DNA from: the human T2T-CHM13v2.0 reference genome, Homo sapiens
Reading direction: 5' to 3' (one strand)
Assembly (NCBI RefSeq): GCF_009914755.1
Contig: NC_060947.1
Length of the DNA: 64,000 nucleotides
Below the pieces are notes generated by a model. That model searched no databases, was not told the DNA's origin, and saw only the letters and a program-made list of their open reading frames with translations. Of the stretch, positions 1-14,777 are shown in pieces. The first letter of the stretch is position 1; every line of letters begins with the position of its first letter. Position numbers and translations under genes: made by a program.

Positions 1-1030
1 TTTGCCCCCTTTGCTAATAACTTGCCTAGAAGCTTGCAGGAATTTTACTTAGTATTTTACATTCTGAAATTTCACTGCGGTATGTCTACGTGTTTTTCTT
101 TTTCCATTAACTTTGCCAAATATTTAGAGAGTTATTTTTGTCTAAAGACTTTAGCCCTGTGTAAACTCTGGGAAAATTTTGTTCTGTTATTTCTTTTTTT
201 AATGAATTTTCTCCACCATCTTCTTCCGAGAATTTTGTAATATATATAAGAGGTTCTTCCCTTACCTTTCTCCCTCTAATATCTTTTCTTTTGGCATAGC
301 ATATAACTACTTCACCTTTTACTTCAAGCATTTCAAAACAGTAGAGCTAAGGCAATTCCGTGCTAAGGCCAGGTGGGTTTTTTCAAACAAACAAACAAAC
401 AAACAAACTCCTGTCCTTCTAGCAGGCTGAATTTAACTAGAAAAATGCATACTCTATCTGACACAACTACACACCTAGAAATTGTGCTATTATCATAAGA
501 GTCCCCATTTTCTAAAAAGGCCAAATATCCTAAGGGAAGCATCATGGCCAGTTTTAAAGTCAGCTCATTGTAGTAAATGTACGCTAGTCTGAAGGGTTGT
601 GAAGCTTGTTCTTTCCCCTTCTCTATTTAGCCCATCCTTTGAAAGTCCACTGTTTTGTAATGGAGTAATTCCCTCAGGTTTATTTACTCTATACTTAGCT
701 GGAATCCAGGGCCACAATGAAGCTCCTGAAATCTTGTTTTTGTCCTGCTGGGACCATAGACTGGCCTGTCCCTAGTTCCCTGTGTCCAGGAACTAGGGAT
801 TTTCTGAGAACAATCTTGGCACACACTTACAGGTTACCAGTGTTGTTCCATTATTGAATTGGAGACTGATTCATATAGATTATTCTTCACACAGTCAGAT
901 CGTATTTGATTCATTTGAAAAAGAATTGTGAAGACTTTCTGTTTTATTTTTGGATTATTATGCATTTTCCATCTTTGTTGCAGGTTTCTTTTTTCATTTA
1001 ATAGGCTTTGGGAAGGATTGAAAGGTAAAT
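1..1030 (-). mobile_element. Old L1M 5'/ORF1-region fragment
   Basis: Degenerate T-rich L1 antisense motifs (ctgggaaaatttt...ttatttc); boundaries approximate. Confidence 0.4.
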
Positions 1031-1149
1031 GCTTGCACTCAAATCACCATCTAAAAATTTAAACCTAAAGCCATTTTCTAAAATGCTGTTATTTAGAATA
1101 ATAATTTACTCTTATCTATACCCTTTGCCATTCCTTATTTTTTACTGTG

Positions 1150-1400
1150 CTGAAAAACCTTTAATGGTTCAACATTCTCCCACCAAAATACAACTCAAGA
1201 AACCTTGCATTTATTAGATCCCTAAATCTATCCCCTACCAACTTTTCCAACTTATCTCCCTGTCTCTCCACATAAGACACCTGTCTGTTTCAACCAAACA
1301 ACTCTGTTCATTGTTTCCCAGACAGCCCTGCCTCTGACACTTTAGTTGGGCTATCCGGATATCCAGCATGTGCTCTTCCATCCATGTCTGTATAAACATT
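1150..1400 (+). mobile_element. L2 fragment
   Basis: aaaaccttaatggtt...aaaatacaactc...ttttccaacttatctccc resembles the L2 3' region. Confidence 0.5.
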
Positions 1401-1730
1401 TAAGAACTGACTAGTCATCCAGGATGCTACTTTAAAATCTGACTCAATGAATATGGAATCGAAGAGGGAAAAACATATCTTTGTTTTGATTGGCAGACCA
1501 AACTTTGATGGAATTAGGAGGCTCAGATAGGAATTGAAAGAAGCTATCTTACACTTCAAAATTGTCAATAAGTTTCAAGAACACAAAAGATTATATCAAT
1601 ACTAGGAGTTATTTAGATAGATACAAGTCCTGGAGTGGTGTGATTTTAGTAACACAAACCAATACAAATATTAACATTTGCCTGGTCAAGAGGATGGCGT
1701 AAGTAGCCCAAAACAAAACAAAACAAAAAC

Positions 1731-1836
1731 CCTAGAACTCATATAGGCAGATTCCCATGAGTTTAGACAAAATTCCACTGGCTGTCGTTCATTCTACGTA
1801 TAAAAACTTCTAACACTTAGTTTTTATCTAATCCAC
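1731..1836 (-). pseudogene. Fossil exon (start of the dynein microtubule-binding domain)
   Basis: Strong acceptor ttgcttgcttttag|. Reads GLDKN*VLEVFIRRM, similar to TLDKNDITEVKSM. 3' boundary uncertain. Confidence 0.5.
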
Positions 1837-2051
1837 CTAAAAGCAAGCAAATACAAATAACAAAATAAAACATAGTTTCTTCAGATGCCATAATAAGTGA
1901 ATTGCTAATAGGGCATTACAAAAATTATCATTTTCCCATTTACCAAAATTGTGAATTAATCTTATGCAAGTTTTCCTGGGCTCATTTTTGATAAAACTTT
2001 AATAGAACTTGGTGAGAAGGCAACAAATGAAAAACTCCGTATATACCATAC

Positions 2052-2495
2052 CTCATTGAATCTATCTATAGCATCACCAATTTCAGAGATATTTATATTC
2101 TTAAATAAATATGGCAATGGTAAGATGGTATTTATTGTAAGATAATTCTCTAGTTCTGAGATGTTTCAGTATTGGAAAAAATGAGCATTTTATAGAATTA
2201 GTGAAATACAGGTGTCCCAGTTGTCATCAAAAAGCACTGCCATGGTAGGAGCCTTCACAATAAATAGCACCTCAGTTCCTTGTTGAGTGCCCTTTAACTT
2301 TCCAATCAAATGCATAAAGTTAAATTTAGTTGCTATCCCTGTATGGACACATTTTTAAAAAAACTACCTGAGCTACTTCTAATCACTTTGATGTGAACTG
2401 AAATAAAAGTGTAAGTTTTATGTAAGATAATATCAAACATCAGCTAAACCCTTTGGGATTTCTTTCCAAACAGGATGTGGATGTGGTTACAGTTG
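2052..2495 (-). pseudogene. Fossil exon (AAA4 small domain to stalk coiled coil 1)
   Basis: tttcttaaatag| ... GAG|gtatgg. About 148 codons with 3 stops and one homopolymer frameshift: CNHIHIL, IILHKTYTFISVHIKVI, LIGKLKGTQQGTEVL; compare CVHIHQSV, YVTPKSYLEFI, GLDKLLETNEQVEEM. Confidence 0.6.
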
Positions 2496-2992
2496 CTATT
2501 TAAGAAATAGAATAAAAATAAGATTAGTGTTTCTGTACATTTTGACAACTCCCATTAAGAGAAAAGCATCTGCAATCATATTTGAAGTGTACCTAATGTT
2601 AGATAGGAACTATCTATGACTATCGTGCTTATTAGTGCATTCAGGCAATTCAGAATTTAAATAAAACCCAAAGCACCAAATTTAGAAAAATACTGCATGG
2701 TGAGATATAATGTTTGGTATGCTGTAGTGTCAGAGGTGCTTTTTAAATTCTTATTTTAATTAGTTTATTTGTGGTTTTTTCTTGAGGGAGGGAGGGAGTG
2801 GTACACTAGCTTTACTTTTGATCTACAAAAGAAATACATGATGCTGGTAAATTTTATTGTAAGCTAAAATGAATGAATCCCTGAGATACAAAGATAAAAT
2901 TCTTTGTGAAACAGTAAAATAAATTTTAAAAATAATAAATTGTAACAAATGTTATTCACATTTTTAATGACGAAATATATTTGCTATGCTGT

Positions 2993-3043
2993 AATTATTT
3001 CAAACCAATGGTATAGAAAATTATTTCAAACCAATGGTATAGA
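2993..3043. repeat. Perfect 25-bp tandem duplication (period 26)
   Basis: aattatttcaaaccaatggtataga at 2993-3017 and 3019-3043. Confidence 0.95.
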
Positions 3044-3598
3044 TAGACACAGGAATCAGAAAATTTATAGAGAAATCAAATCAAACCTAATGGACTCATG
3101 ATTTTAATGTGAGTGACTTCAAATATATTTAAGTTAGGAAGTTGAGATGTCACATAGAAAAGGTTTGTGCCATTTTAAGTAGGTTACTCTTCAAAAGATT
3201 AAGAGAAAATGGAGCTTATTATTTTCCCCAAATGTCAATAAACTCAACTCTAATTGTATTTTATTGCTTCTGAGATAAATTTATCTATCTCTGTTCTTCA
3301 TATCATCCTTAGGCCTTAACCTTCTGGCCCCTCATTCATCTTCACTCTTCTACAAGCATTTTGTTATTATAACTTTGTACTGCAATCTTGATTTAACTTG
3401 CAACATACGTCCAGGAGTATTTCTTCTCTTTTGTTTTATTTTCTTCTTTTTAAATTTCATTGTCTTCTCATGAGGAATGTATGTTAAAAGAAAATTAAGT
3501 CTCTAAATATTATCATATTTACAAATAACATAGTACCCCCATCACACCTAGGGAAAAAAAAAAAATCTTTGCACAGCAGAAATCACCAGTACCTAAAG

Positions 3599-4158
3599 TG
3601 TTGACCAAGTTCACCTTAAAGTTCCCTTCAGCTTGACTAGCATTAGACAGGCTTCTTCTTGACTCTAGGCCAGACCTCATTTTTCTTAGAGGATTTACTT
3701 TAGAAAGCTTGTTACTGTAAATTCTTTCTCTTCCTTCCCTCTTTGAGATGCAAATATATTAGAAGCCTCTAACCACTTTCATACCCCAGGAATGTCTTCC
3801 CAAGGACCTGGGAGCCTTCCTTTTGAAATGTAATTATCAAGGAAGATAGTGCCCCTATCTGCCAGTCTCTGGATGGATAGGAGCCTAATTCAATGGTGAC
3901 CAATTAGGGAACACAGATGGCCTAATCACAAAGACAATAATTTGCAAACTCAGGAAACTAACTCAATGTGCTCATATTACATTGATTAACCTTCCCCCTA
4001 TTGTCCTCCAGTACTGTTCCACTAGCTCATCCTTGTCCCTTTAAAACCTCCCAGCCCTTTGTTCTCATGGAACTGAGTTCAGACTGAGTTCTAGCTTACC
4101 TCCCCTATTGCAATAGCCTTGCTTGTTTAACTTTGTCCAGTGAAATTCCGCTTTGACA
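3599..4158 (+). mobile_element. ERV1 solo LTR, MER67/MER31 group
   Basis: TG...CA ends; catttactttagaaa, ccaaggacctgggagcc and ctcccctattgcaatag-type motifs. Confidence 0.75.
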
Positions 4159-4325
4159 GTTTTAATTTATCACTCTAGTCCCCCACAGAAACAAATATAT
4201 TATTGTAGACAGCAATTTTCAGTACTTGGTTAACTTTCCATGTAAAATTTTCCAATTTTCTGCTTCAAAATTAACTTTTCTAAAAACAGTAGGCTGCCTA
4301 TATAAAATGAGTTCAAAATGTCACT

Positions 4326-4804
4326 ATATTAGTTTCCTACTGATGTTACAACAAATTACCACAAATTTCGTGGCCTAAAACAATACAAATTTATTATCCT
4401 ACAGTTCTGAAGGTCGGAAGTCCAAAAGGAGTCTCACTGGACTAAAGTCAAGGTGTTGGCAGGGCTGGTTCCTGCCTAAAGCTTTAGGGGAAAATCCTTT
4501 TCCTTAAGTTTTCTAGCTTCTAGAGGCTACTCACATTCCTTGGCCCCCTGGCTCCACATCACGCCAACCTCTGATTCATCATCACATATCCTTTGTTGAC
4601 TCTAACTCTCTTACTTCCCTTTTCCTTTACAAGGACCTTTATACATTGGGCCAACCCAGATAATCAAAGATGACCTTCCATCCCAAGATCCTTAATCACA
4701 ACAGTAAAGTCCCTTTTTTTCGCCATGTAAAATGGCTTTCACTGATTCTGAGGATTAGGATGTAAACATCCCTGGGTTCCTCTGGTTTCCATTATTCTGC
4801 CTAC
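4326..4804 (-). mobile_element. MaLR LTR, MLT1 (MLT1E-like)
   Basis: tattagtttcct...acaaattaccacaaa...cagttctgaaggtc...tcaaggtgttggcagggct...attctgcctac. Confidence 0.85.
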
Positions 4805-4976
4805 TTAAAATAGTCCGATGCAGATGTGTAGGCTGTATTTCTAGAAGATCAGAAAATATCAATTCTGTGGAAAGTTTGAAGTAACACCACCTAGGTAAGA
4901 TAAATGCATCAGGATGAATAAAGACATGAAAGAACAAAGTAATCATAATCTGGTTTGGCATATGAATATTGAAAAT
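4805..4976 (-). pseudogene. Fossil exon
   Basis: Strong acceptor ttttttccccttcatctag|. One frame reads DFQYSYAKPDYDYFVLSCL; another is open for 57 codons. The donor coincides with an MLT1 end. Confidence 0.45.
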
Positions 4977-5134
4977 CTAGATGAAGGGGAAAAAATTGAG
5001 AAATATCAAGATGGCCAAGAAATGAGTAGCTATAGCGCTCAAAGTAAGTCTCCGATAATGTTGACTTCTTCCCAAACTGGAACATCTGCTGCAAGTTACC
5101 TTCCTTTTTCTCAGGCCTTGTCACCCTATTTTTT

Positions 5135-6585
5135 TTCCTTCCACTTTTATTTTCAGTTCAGGCGTACATGTGCAGGATGCACAGGTTTGTTACACAGGTA
5201 AATGTGTGCCATGGTGGTTTGCTGCATGGATCATCCCATCACCTACGTATTAAGCCCAGCATCCATTAGCTATTCTTCCTGATGCTCTCTTTCCCCCACC
5301 ATCCCCCTCCGACAGTCCTTAGTGTCTGTTGTTCCCCACCATGTGTCCATGTGTTCTCATCATTCAGCTCATACTTATAAGTAAGAACATGTGGTGTTTG
5401 GTTTTCTGTTCCTGCATTAGTTTGCTGAGGATAAAGGCTTCCAACTCCATGTCCCTGCAAAGGACATGATCTCATTCCTTTTTATGGCTGCATAGTATTC
5501 CGTGGTATATATGTACCATATTTTCTTTATCCAGTCTATCATTGATAGGCATTTAGGTTGAATCCATGTCTTTAATAGTGTGAATAGTGCTACAATGGGC
5601 ATAGCATGCATCTATCTTTATAATAGAATGACTTATATTCCTTTGGGTATATACCCAGCAATGGGATTGCTGGGTTAAATGTATTTCTGCCTCTAGGTCT
5701 TGGAAGAATGGCCACACTGTCTTCTACAATGGTTGAATTAATTTACACTCCCACCAACAGTGTAAAAGCATTCCTTTTACTCTGCAACCTCGCCAGCATC
5801 TGTTGTTTTTTGACTTTTTAATAATAACCATTCTCACTGGCATGAGATGGTACCTCATTGTGGTTTTGATTTGCATTTCTCTAATGATCACTGATATTGA
5901 GCTATTTTTCATACGTTTGTTTGCTGCATGTATGTCTTCTTTTGAGAAGTGTCTGTTCATGTCCTTTGACCACTTTTTAAAGAGGTTGTTTGTTTCTTTC
6001 TTGTAAATTTGCTTAAGTTCCTTGTAGACTCTGAATATTAGACCTTTGTCAGATGGATAGATTGCAAAAGATTTCTCCCATTCTGTAGGTTGTCTGTTTT
6101 TTTCCTGTAAATTTGTTTGAGTTCCTGGTAGATTCTGGATATTAGACCTTTGTGGGATGGAAAGATTGCAAAGATTTTCTCCCACTCTGTAGGTTGCCTA
6201 TTCACTCTGATGATAGTATCTTTTGCTGTGCAGAAGCTCTTTAGTTTAATTAGATCCCATTTGCCAAATTTTGCTTGTGTTGTGATTGCTTTTGGCATTT
6301 TCATCATGAAATCTTTGCCCATGCCTATTCAGGAATGGTATAGAGAACTCAGAAATAGGACTGCACACCTACAACCATCTGATCTTCGACAAACCTGACA
6401 AAAACAAGCAATGGGGTAAGGACTCCCAGTTAATAAATCATGCTGGAAGAGTTGGCTAGCCATATGCAGAAAATTGAAACTGGACCCCTTCCCTACACCA
6501 TATACAAAAATTAACTCAAGATAGATTAAAGACATAAATGTAAAACCCAAAACTATAAAAACACTGGAAGAAAATCTAGGCAATA
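5135..6585 (-). mobile_element. 5'-truncated, 5'-inverted L1PA (about L1PA10-13); minus part 5135-6340, inverted plus part 6340-6585
   Basis: L1 3'UTR and ORF2 C-terminus ([10 protein letters not shown]...CWRGC); TSD CCTATTTTTT at 5125-5134 and 6586-6595. Confidence 0.9.
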
Positions 6586-6775
6586 CCTATTTTTTCATAT
6601 GATTATCTTTTCTTGCCTGATCTTTATACTTATGAAAATACTGAGAAACCTCAAAATTTATTATATCCATTATTTTGCTGAGAAATATCCAAATTTACAA
6701 AATAATGTACACATTAGGAATAAACATATGTTTTTTGAACTGAATTGATAAATGCACGTTGCAATTAAATTTCAT

Positions 6776-6943
6776 AGCCAGACGTGGTGGCACACGCCTG
6801 TAATTCCAGTTAATGAGACTAGGGGCTGAGGCAGGAGAATCGCTTGAATCCGGGAAGCAACGGTTGCGGTGAGCCGAGATCACGCCACTGCACTCCAGCC
6901 TGGGAATTAGAGTGAGACTCTGTCTCAAAAAAAAAAAAAAAAA
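6776..6943 (+). mobile_element. Alu right arm (5'-truncated AluS)
   Basis: Right monomer plus poly-A. Confidence 0.9.
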
Positions 6944-7379
6944 ATCACCCTCTCTACACACTTCTTTCTCATCTGTTATAAAAATAAAGTGAATACGGAT
7001 AATTCAAGGGACTTACTCTTTATTATTGATAATATTTTAATATTAATAACTGAACAAGAGAATACTATCATGAACATTTGGAAAGTCTTAAAGTAAAATA
7101 CAAATTATGTAAATTTGGTATTTATTTTCAAAAATATACTATACAAACATGTTAAAAATTTAAAAATGCATAAGAATATATCTCAAATGAAACTAACACA
7201 AAATTTCTTCCATATTTTTCAGGATCAATCTATTCTGTATACAGCCACTTAAAGATATAACTTGGTGATTTTTTTTTCTTCAGAGGGAGCCTAATTTTAT
7301 TTATAGATACATATTTTATTTTTTTTATAGATACATATTTTAAATATGTGTATGTAATTTATTTACCTGAGTGGTCTGC

Positions 7380-9560
<2,181 letters not shown>

Positions 9561-9571
9561 AGATTAGATAA

Positions 9572-9871
<300 letters not shown>

Positions 9872-10013
9872 ATCATTCATTTTTATCTGGATATCAATAT
9901 TGATTTGTCATTGTCTTAACAGAAGTGATTCAAAACATCTTCTGGCATTTGTATTTCTTACAGTATATATTTCTCTTTTTAGTTCTATCTTTGCTTTTTG
10001 TTTGCTCTATAAC

Positions 10014-10131
10014 AAAGTTGACCATAAAATTTATCATTCAAATCAGGACTTCATTAAAAGTAAAAGGAGGCACCATTAATAATTATGTGAGGAAATCAGG
10101 CATAAACTGGGGCATATAAACATGCTCTCTA
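10014..10131. mobile_element. MER81-like hAT DNA transposon remnant
   Basis: gttgaccataaaatttatcattcaaatcaggac...attaataattatg...ggcataaactgg. Confidence 0.6.
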
Positions 10132-10671
10132 TAACTTCTCTTTTGTTTCTTGTGTTTGTATGCATATGTGTGTACACATGATTCTACTCCAATATGGAAT
10201 GTTTAAAGTCTATTCTAGTTTTTATAAAGATGTCCTTTTGAAATTTATATAATATACTTGGAGCTCTAGTTGTTAATACAGAAACTTAGGTATTATCCTT
10301 CCCAGAAAGACCAGGAAATCTGTGTACTTTTGCATCCTCCCACCATCCCTTCTTTGATCCTCCGCCAACACCTATTTTTTCATGTTTTGTCTTTCTTTTA
10401 TTTTATCAAACTTTCTAATTTCTATCTTATGTAACTATATTCCTAAAGACCGTTTAGCCTTAGCTTTATCTTTTTTTTTTTGACAACTTTAACTGTTTTT
10501 TTGTGATGAGGTGGAATGTTTCCATACGAAGTCTACAATAGCATAGGTTATGTTATCAGCAACTATGATTTTTTTTTTTGGTCTGGCATTTCCTGAAAAA
10601 ATATTTAAGTGACAGAAAGAAGTTTCAGCTTTTGTTGATAACCTGATGAGATTTGGCAAACACAGTTCTTG

Positions 10672-11015
10672 GTGCTGAGAAACGGGAAAGCCCCTGCCAG
10701 TCAGAAACTGACCTGACACTCACAGCTAGGTTTTGGTGTTCTCCAGATGAACACAACAGTTTCATAGAATATCATCAGCGTGATCACCCTGTGACCATGA
10801 GGAATTAACACAAAAACAAGACCACTCCACAATCATATTTGATCACAGACAAAAACATGGACACTTTCTAAACCACAAAAAGAACCAAACATCCCCCGAG
10901 CCTGACTAATATATGCGACTGCTGCTTCATTACCAGTTGCACATTTAGGCACACTTCTTTCTTCTCTCCTTCTAGATAAGATACCCAATTATAGAGTTAT
11001 GTCTGCCTCCTGAAA
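10672..11015 (+). mobile_element. ERV1 LTR fragment, LTR37-like
   Basis: acaaaaacaagaccactcc...cacagacaaaaacatg...ccaaacatcccc...gactgctgcttc. Confidence 0.7.
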
Positions 11016-11611
11016 GTGAATATGAAGCTTACCACTAATTGTTTTTCAAAGGGTTCCTGGTACATCATTGGTCAAGGATTCACGTTATCAGAATTTTTGT
11101 TTGCTTTTTTTTATTGTCATTTAAGAAAACGAGGCAGGGGCTTATGGGTTCCTACCTGTTTAAGAATGCCTGTTACTTTAATATTGGAGTAACAATTAGG
11201 TTTTCGTATTTTATTTCACAGAAATATATGTAGTAATGCCTCTATTGTCCTCATGCACTGAATACTATATTAAAGAAGACTGAGGCAACATGATATTCAA
11301 ATTTCGTGGCAGATTTGCCGTGATTTTTACCTATATTGTCTACAAATTTTTGTACCTTATTGTTGAAATTCCAAAGCATTACTATGTGTTGCTTTCATCT
11401 GTTCTGTTTCAATCTTCCTTAGACTATTGTACATATTAATTGGTTCTTTATTTTTAAATAAAATATTTTAAATTTCACCTTAGAATTATTTTTCTGTTCC
11501 ATTTACTGGCATTTTAAAGATATACTAATTATTATTTCCCAGAGGTCATGCCTATTTATCCCCGAGAACAATTATCTTCTAAGGACCTTTTAAAAAAATG
11601 TTTTCTTTTGT

Positions 11612-11888
11612 GTCCAGGTGTGGTGGCTTACACCTGTAATCCCAGCACTCTGGGATTCACTTGAGGCCAGGAGTTCAAAACCAGCCTGAGCAACACAGTG
11701 AGATTCCCACCTCTAGAAAAAAAAAATTTTTTTAATAGCTAGGCTTGGTGATATGCACCTGTAGTCCCACCTACTTGGGAGGCTGAGGTCTGAGGATTGC
11801 TTGAGCCCAGGAATTTAAGACTGCTGTGAGCCGAGATTGTGCCACTGCATTCCATCCTGGGCAACAGAGTTAGATACTGTCAAAAAAG
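11612..11888 (+). mobile_element. AluJ with a left-arm deletion
   Basis: Alu dimer; TSD core gttttcttttg at 11600-11610 and 11891-11901. Confidence 0.9.
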
Positions 11889-13159
11889 AAGTTTTCTTTT
11901 GATATAATCATAGAGTCACAGGAAGTTGTAAAGAAAATATCTCCTTCACCCAGTTCTCCACAATGGTAGCACCTAACATAATTATAGTATGATATCAAAA
12001 CTAGAAAATTGGCATTGGTATAATGTGTGTATAGAATTCTAAGCCATTTCTCACTTATATAGATTCGTGTAATCACTACTGCAATCAAGATTCAGAACTA
12101 TTTCATCACCACAAAAATCTTCTGTGTGCTACTTCTTTATACTAACACCAACACCATTCCTCCCACCATCCCTAAACCCTGGCAAGCACTAATCTGTTTT
12201 CCATTTCTATACTTTGTCACTCTGAGAATATTATATAAATGGAATAAAACAGTATCTGATCTTTTGAGGTCGGCATTTTTTACTCAGCATAATGCCCTTG
12301 AGATCCATCCAATTTGTTGTGTACATAATCATTTGTTCCTTTCTTATTGTGCAATGCTATGGATTACCACAGTTTGTATAATTATTTATCTTTTGAGGAA
12401 CATTTTGGTTGTTTTTAGTTTTCAGCTATTACAAATAAAATTGCTATGAAAAAATGTGTACTGGTTTTTTGCGTGGACATAAAATTTCATTCCTCTGAGA
12501 TAAACGCCCAGCAGTGAAATTGCTGGGTTCTATGATAGTTGTATACTTATTTTTTGAAGAAAATGCTGAACAATTTTTTCAGAGTGACTATACCATTATT
12601 TATATTCCCACCAGCAACGTATGAGTAATCCAGCTTCTCCACATACTTGGCAGCACTTAGTGTTTTCACTTTTTTTCTCGTTTATTCATTCCGATAGGTA
12701 TGTAATTATATCTCATTGTGATTTCAATTTGCATTTTCCTAATGGTTAGTGATGTCAAACATCTTTTCAAGGGTTTATTTGTCACCCATATATACTCTTT
12801 GGTGAGATATCTCTTCATATCTTCTTCCGATTTGCAAATGGAATGTTTTGATTTTTTGTTGTTGAGTGAGTTTTGAGCATTCTTTATATATTCTAGATAT
12901 GAATCCTTTCTCATATGTGTGATTTCCAAGTATTTTCTTCTGGTCAGTACATTGTCTTTTCATCTTCTTTATGGAATCTTTTATAGAGAATAAAACTTAA
13001 TTTTGATAAAGTCAAATTAAATTTTTTTTAAATGATCATGCTTTTGATGTCAAGTCTAAGAAGCCTTTATCAAGCTTTAGGTCCTAAAGATATTCACCTA
13101 TGTTATTTTCTAATAGCTTTATAGGTTCATGTTTTACATTTATTTATTATTTATATGCA

Positions 13160-13452
13160 TTTTTAGAGACATGGTCTCACTCTGTCACCCAGGCTGGAGT
13201 GAAGCAGCGTGGTCATAGTTCACTGCAGCCTCAAACTCCTGGGTTCAAGCAATCCTCTCACCTCCCTCAGCCTCCTAAGTAGCTGGGAGGGACTACAGGC
13301 AAACACCACTGTGCCCAGCTAATTTTCCTACTATTTGTAGAGACAGGTTCTCGCTATGTTTCCCATGCTGGTCTTAGACTTAGCCTCTGGCAACACTCCC
13401 ACCTAAGCCTCCCAAAGTACTGGGATTACAGGTATGAGCCACTGCACCCAGC
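13160..13452 (-). mobile_element. AluJ
   Basis: Diverged Alu dimer. Confidence 0.9.
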
Positions 13453-13808
13453 CTATGTTTAGTTTTGAATTAATTTTTATATAAAGTGTGAAACTAAGAT
13501 TAAGATTCATTTCTATTTTCATTTTTATTATTATTATTTTTTGCCTAGGGATGTCTGATTGTTCCAACACTATTCAATGAAAAACTATCTTTCCTCCATT
13601 GAATTGTTTCTGTTATTTTTTAAAAGTCAGTTGAGTATATTCATGTATGGCTATTTCTGGGTTCTCTAGCCAGTAGTTCCATTGACTTATGTTTCTGTCC
13701 TTCCACCAACATAAAACAGGTTTCATTACTGTAGGTATATAATAAGTCTTTAGACTGGGTAGACTAATTCCTCCTATTTTCATCTTTTTTTTAAAAAAAG
13801 TTTTACTT

Positions 13809-14054
13809 CACTGCATGTTCTCACTCATAGGTGGGAATTGAACAATGAGAACACTTGGACACAGGTAGGGGAACATCACACACCAGCGCCAGTTGTGGGG
13901 TGGAGGAAGTGGGGAGGGAAAGCATTAGGAGATATACCTAATGTAAATGACGAGTTAATGGGTGCAGCACACCAACATGGCACATGTATACATATGTAAC
14001 AAACCTGCACGTTGTACACATGTGCCCTAGAACTTAAAGTATAATAAAAAAAAT
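13809..14054 (+). mobile_element. 5'-truncated L1PA (about PA5) 3' end
   Basis: L1 3'UTR; TSD aaaagttttactt at 13796-13808 and 14055-14067. Confidence 0.95.
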
Positions 14055-14489
14055 AAAAGTTTTACTTATTCTAGTCCTCTTGCCATTTGATATACATTTT
14101 AGAATGCACTTACCTACAGCTACAAAAAATCTTGCTGGAATCGTGATAGGAAATGCATTAATCCTGTATATCAATTTGGGGAGAATTGACATCTTTATTA
14201 TGTTGACTCTTCCAATTTGTGAATGTAATATTTCTCTACAGTAATTTAGATCTTCCTTCAGTTTCCTCACCAGTATTTTATAGTTTTCAGTACACAAATC
14301 TTTTACATGTTTTGTTAGATTTAAATTTTAATATGTTACTTTTTAAGCAATTGTCAATTGTATTGTATTTTTGGACAATATCAATACTTTGGTCTCTGTG
14401 TGCTTATTGGTAGTATATAAAAATACGATTGGTTTTTATATGTTGACCTTGTATCCTGTGACCTTTCTGGACTCACTTATTAGTTCTAG

Positions 14490-14777
<288 letters not shown>

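Noticed and set aside
2339-2449. Extra short introns inside the 2495-2052 exon
   Set aside because: Some implied introns are only about 30-50 bp, and one continuous frame with a single homopolymer slip explains the region better.
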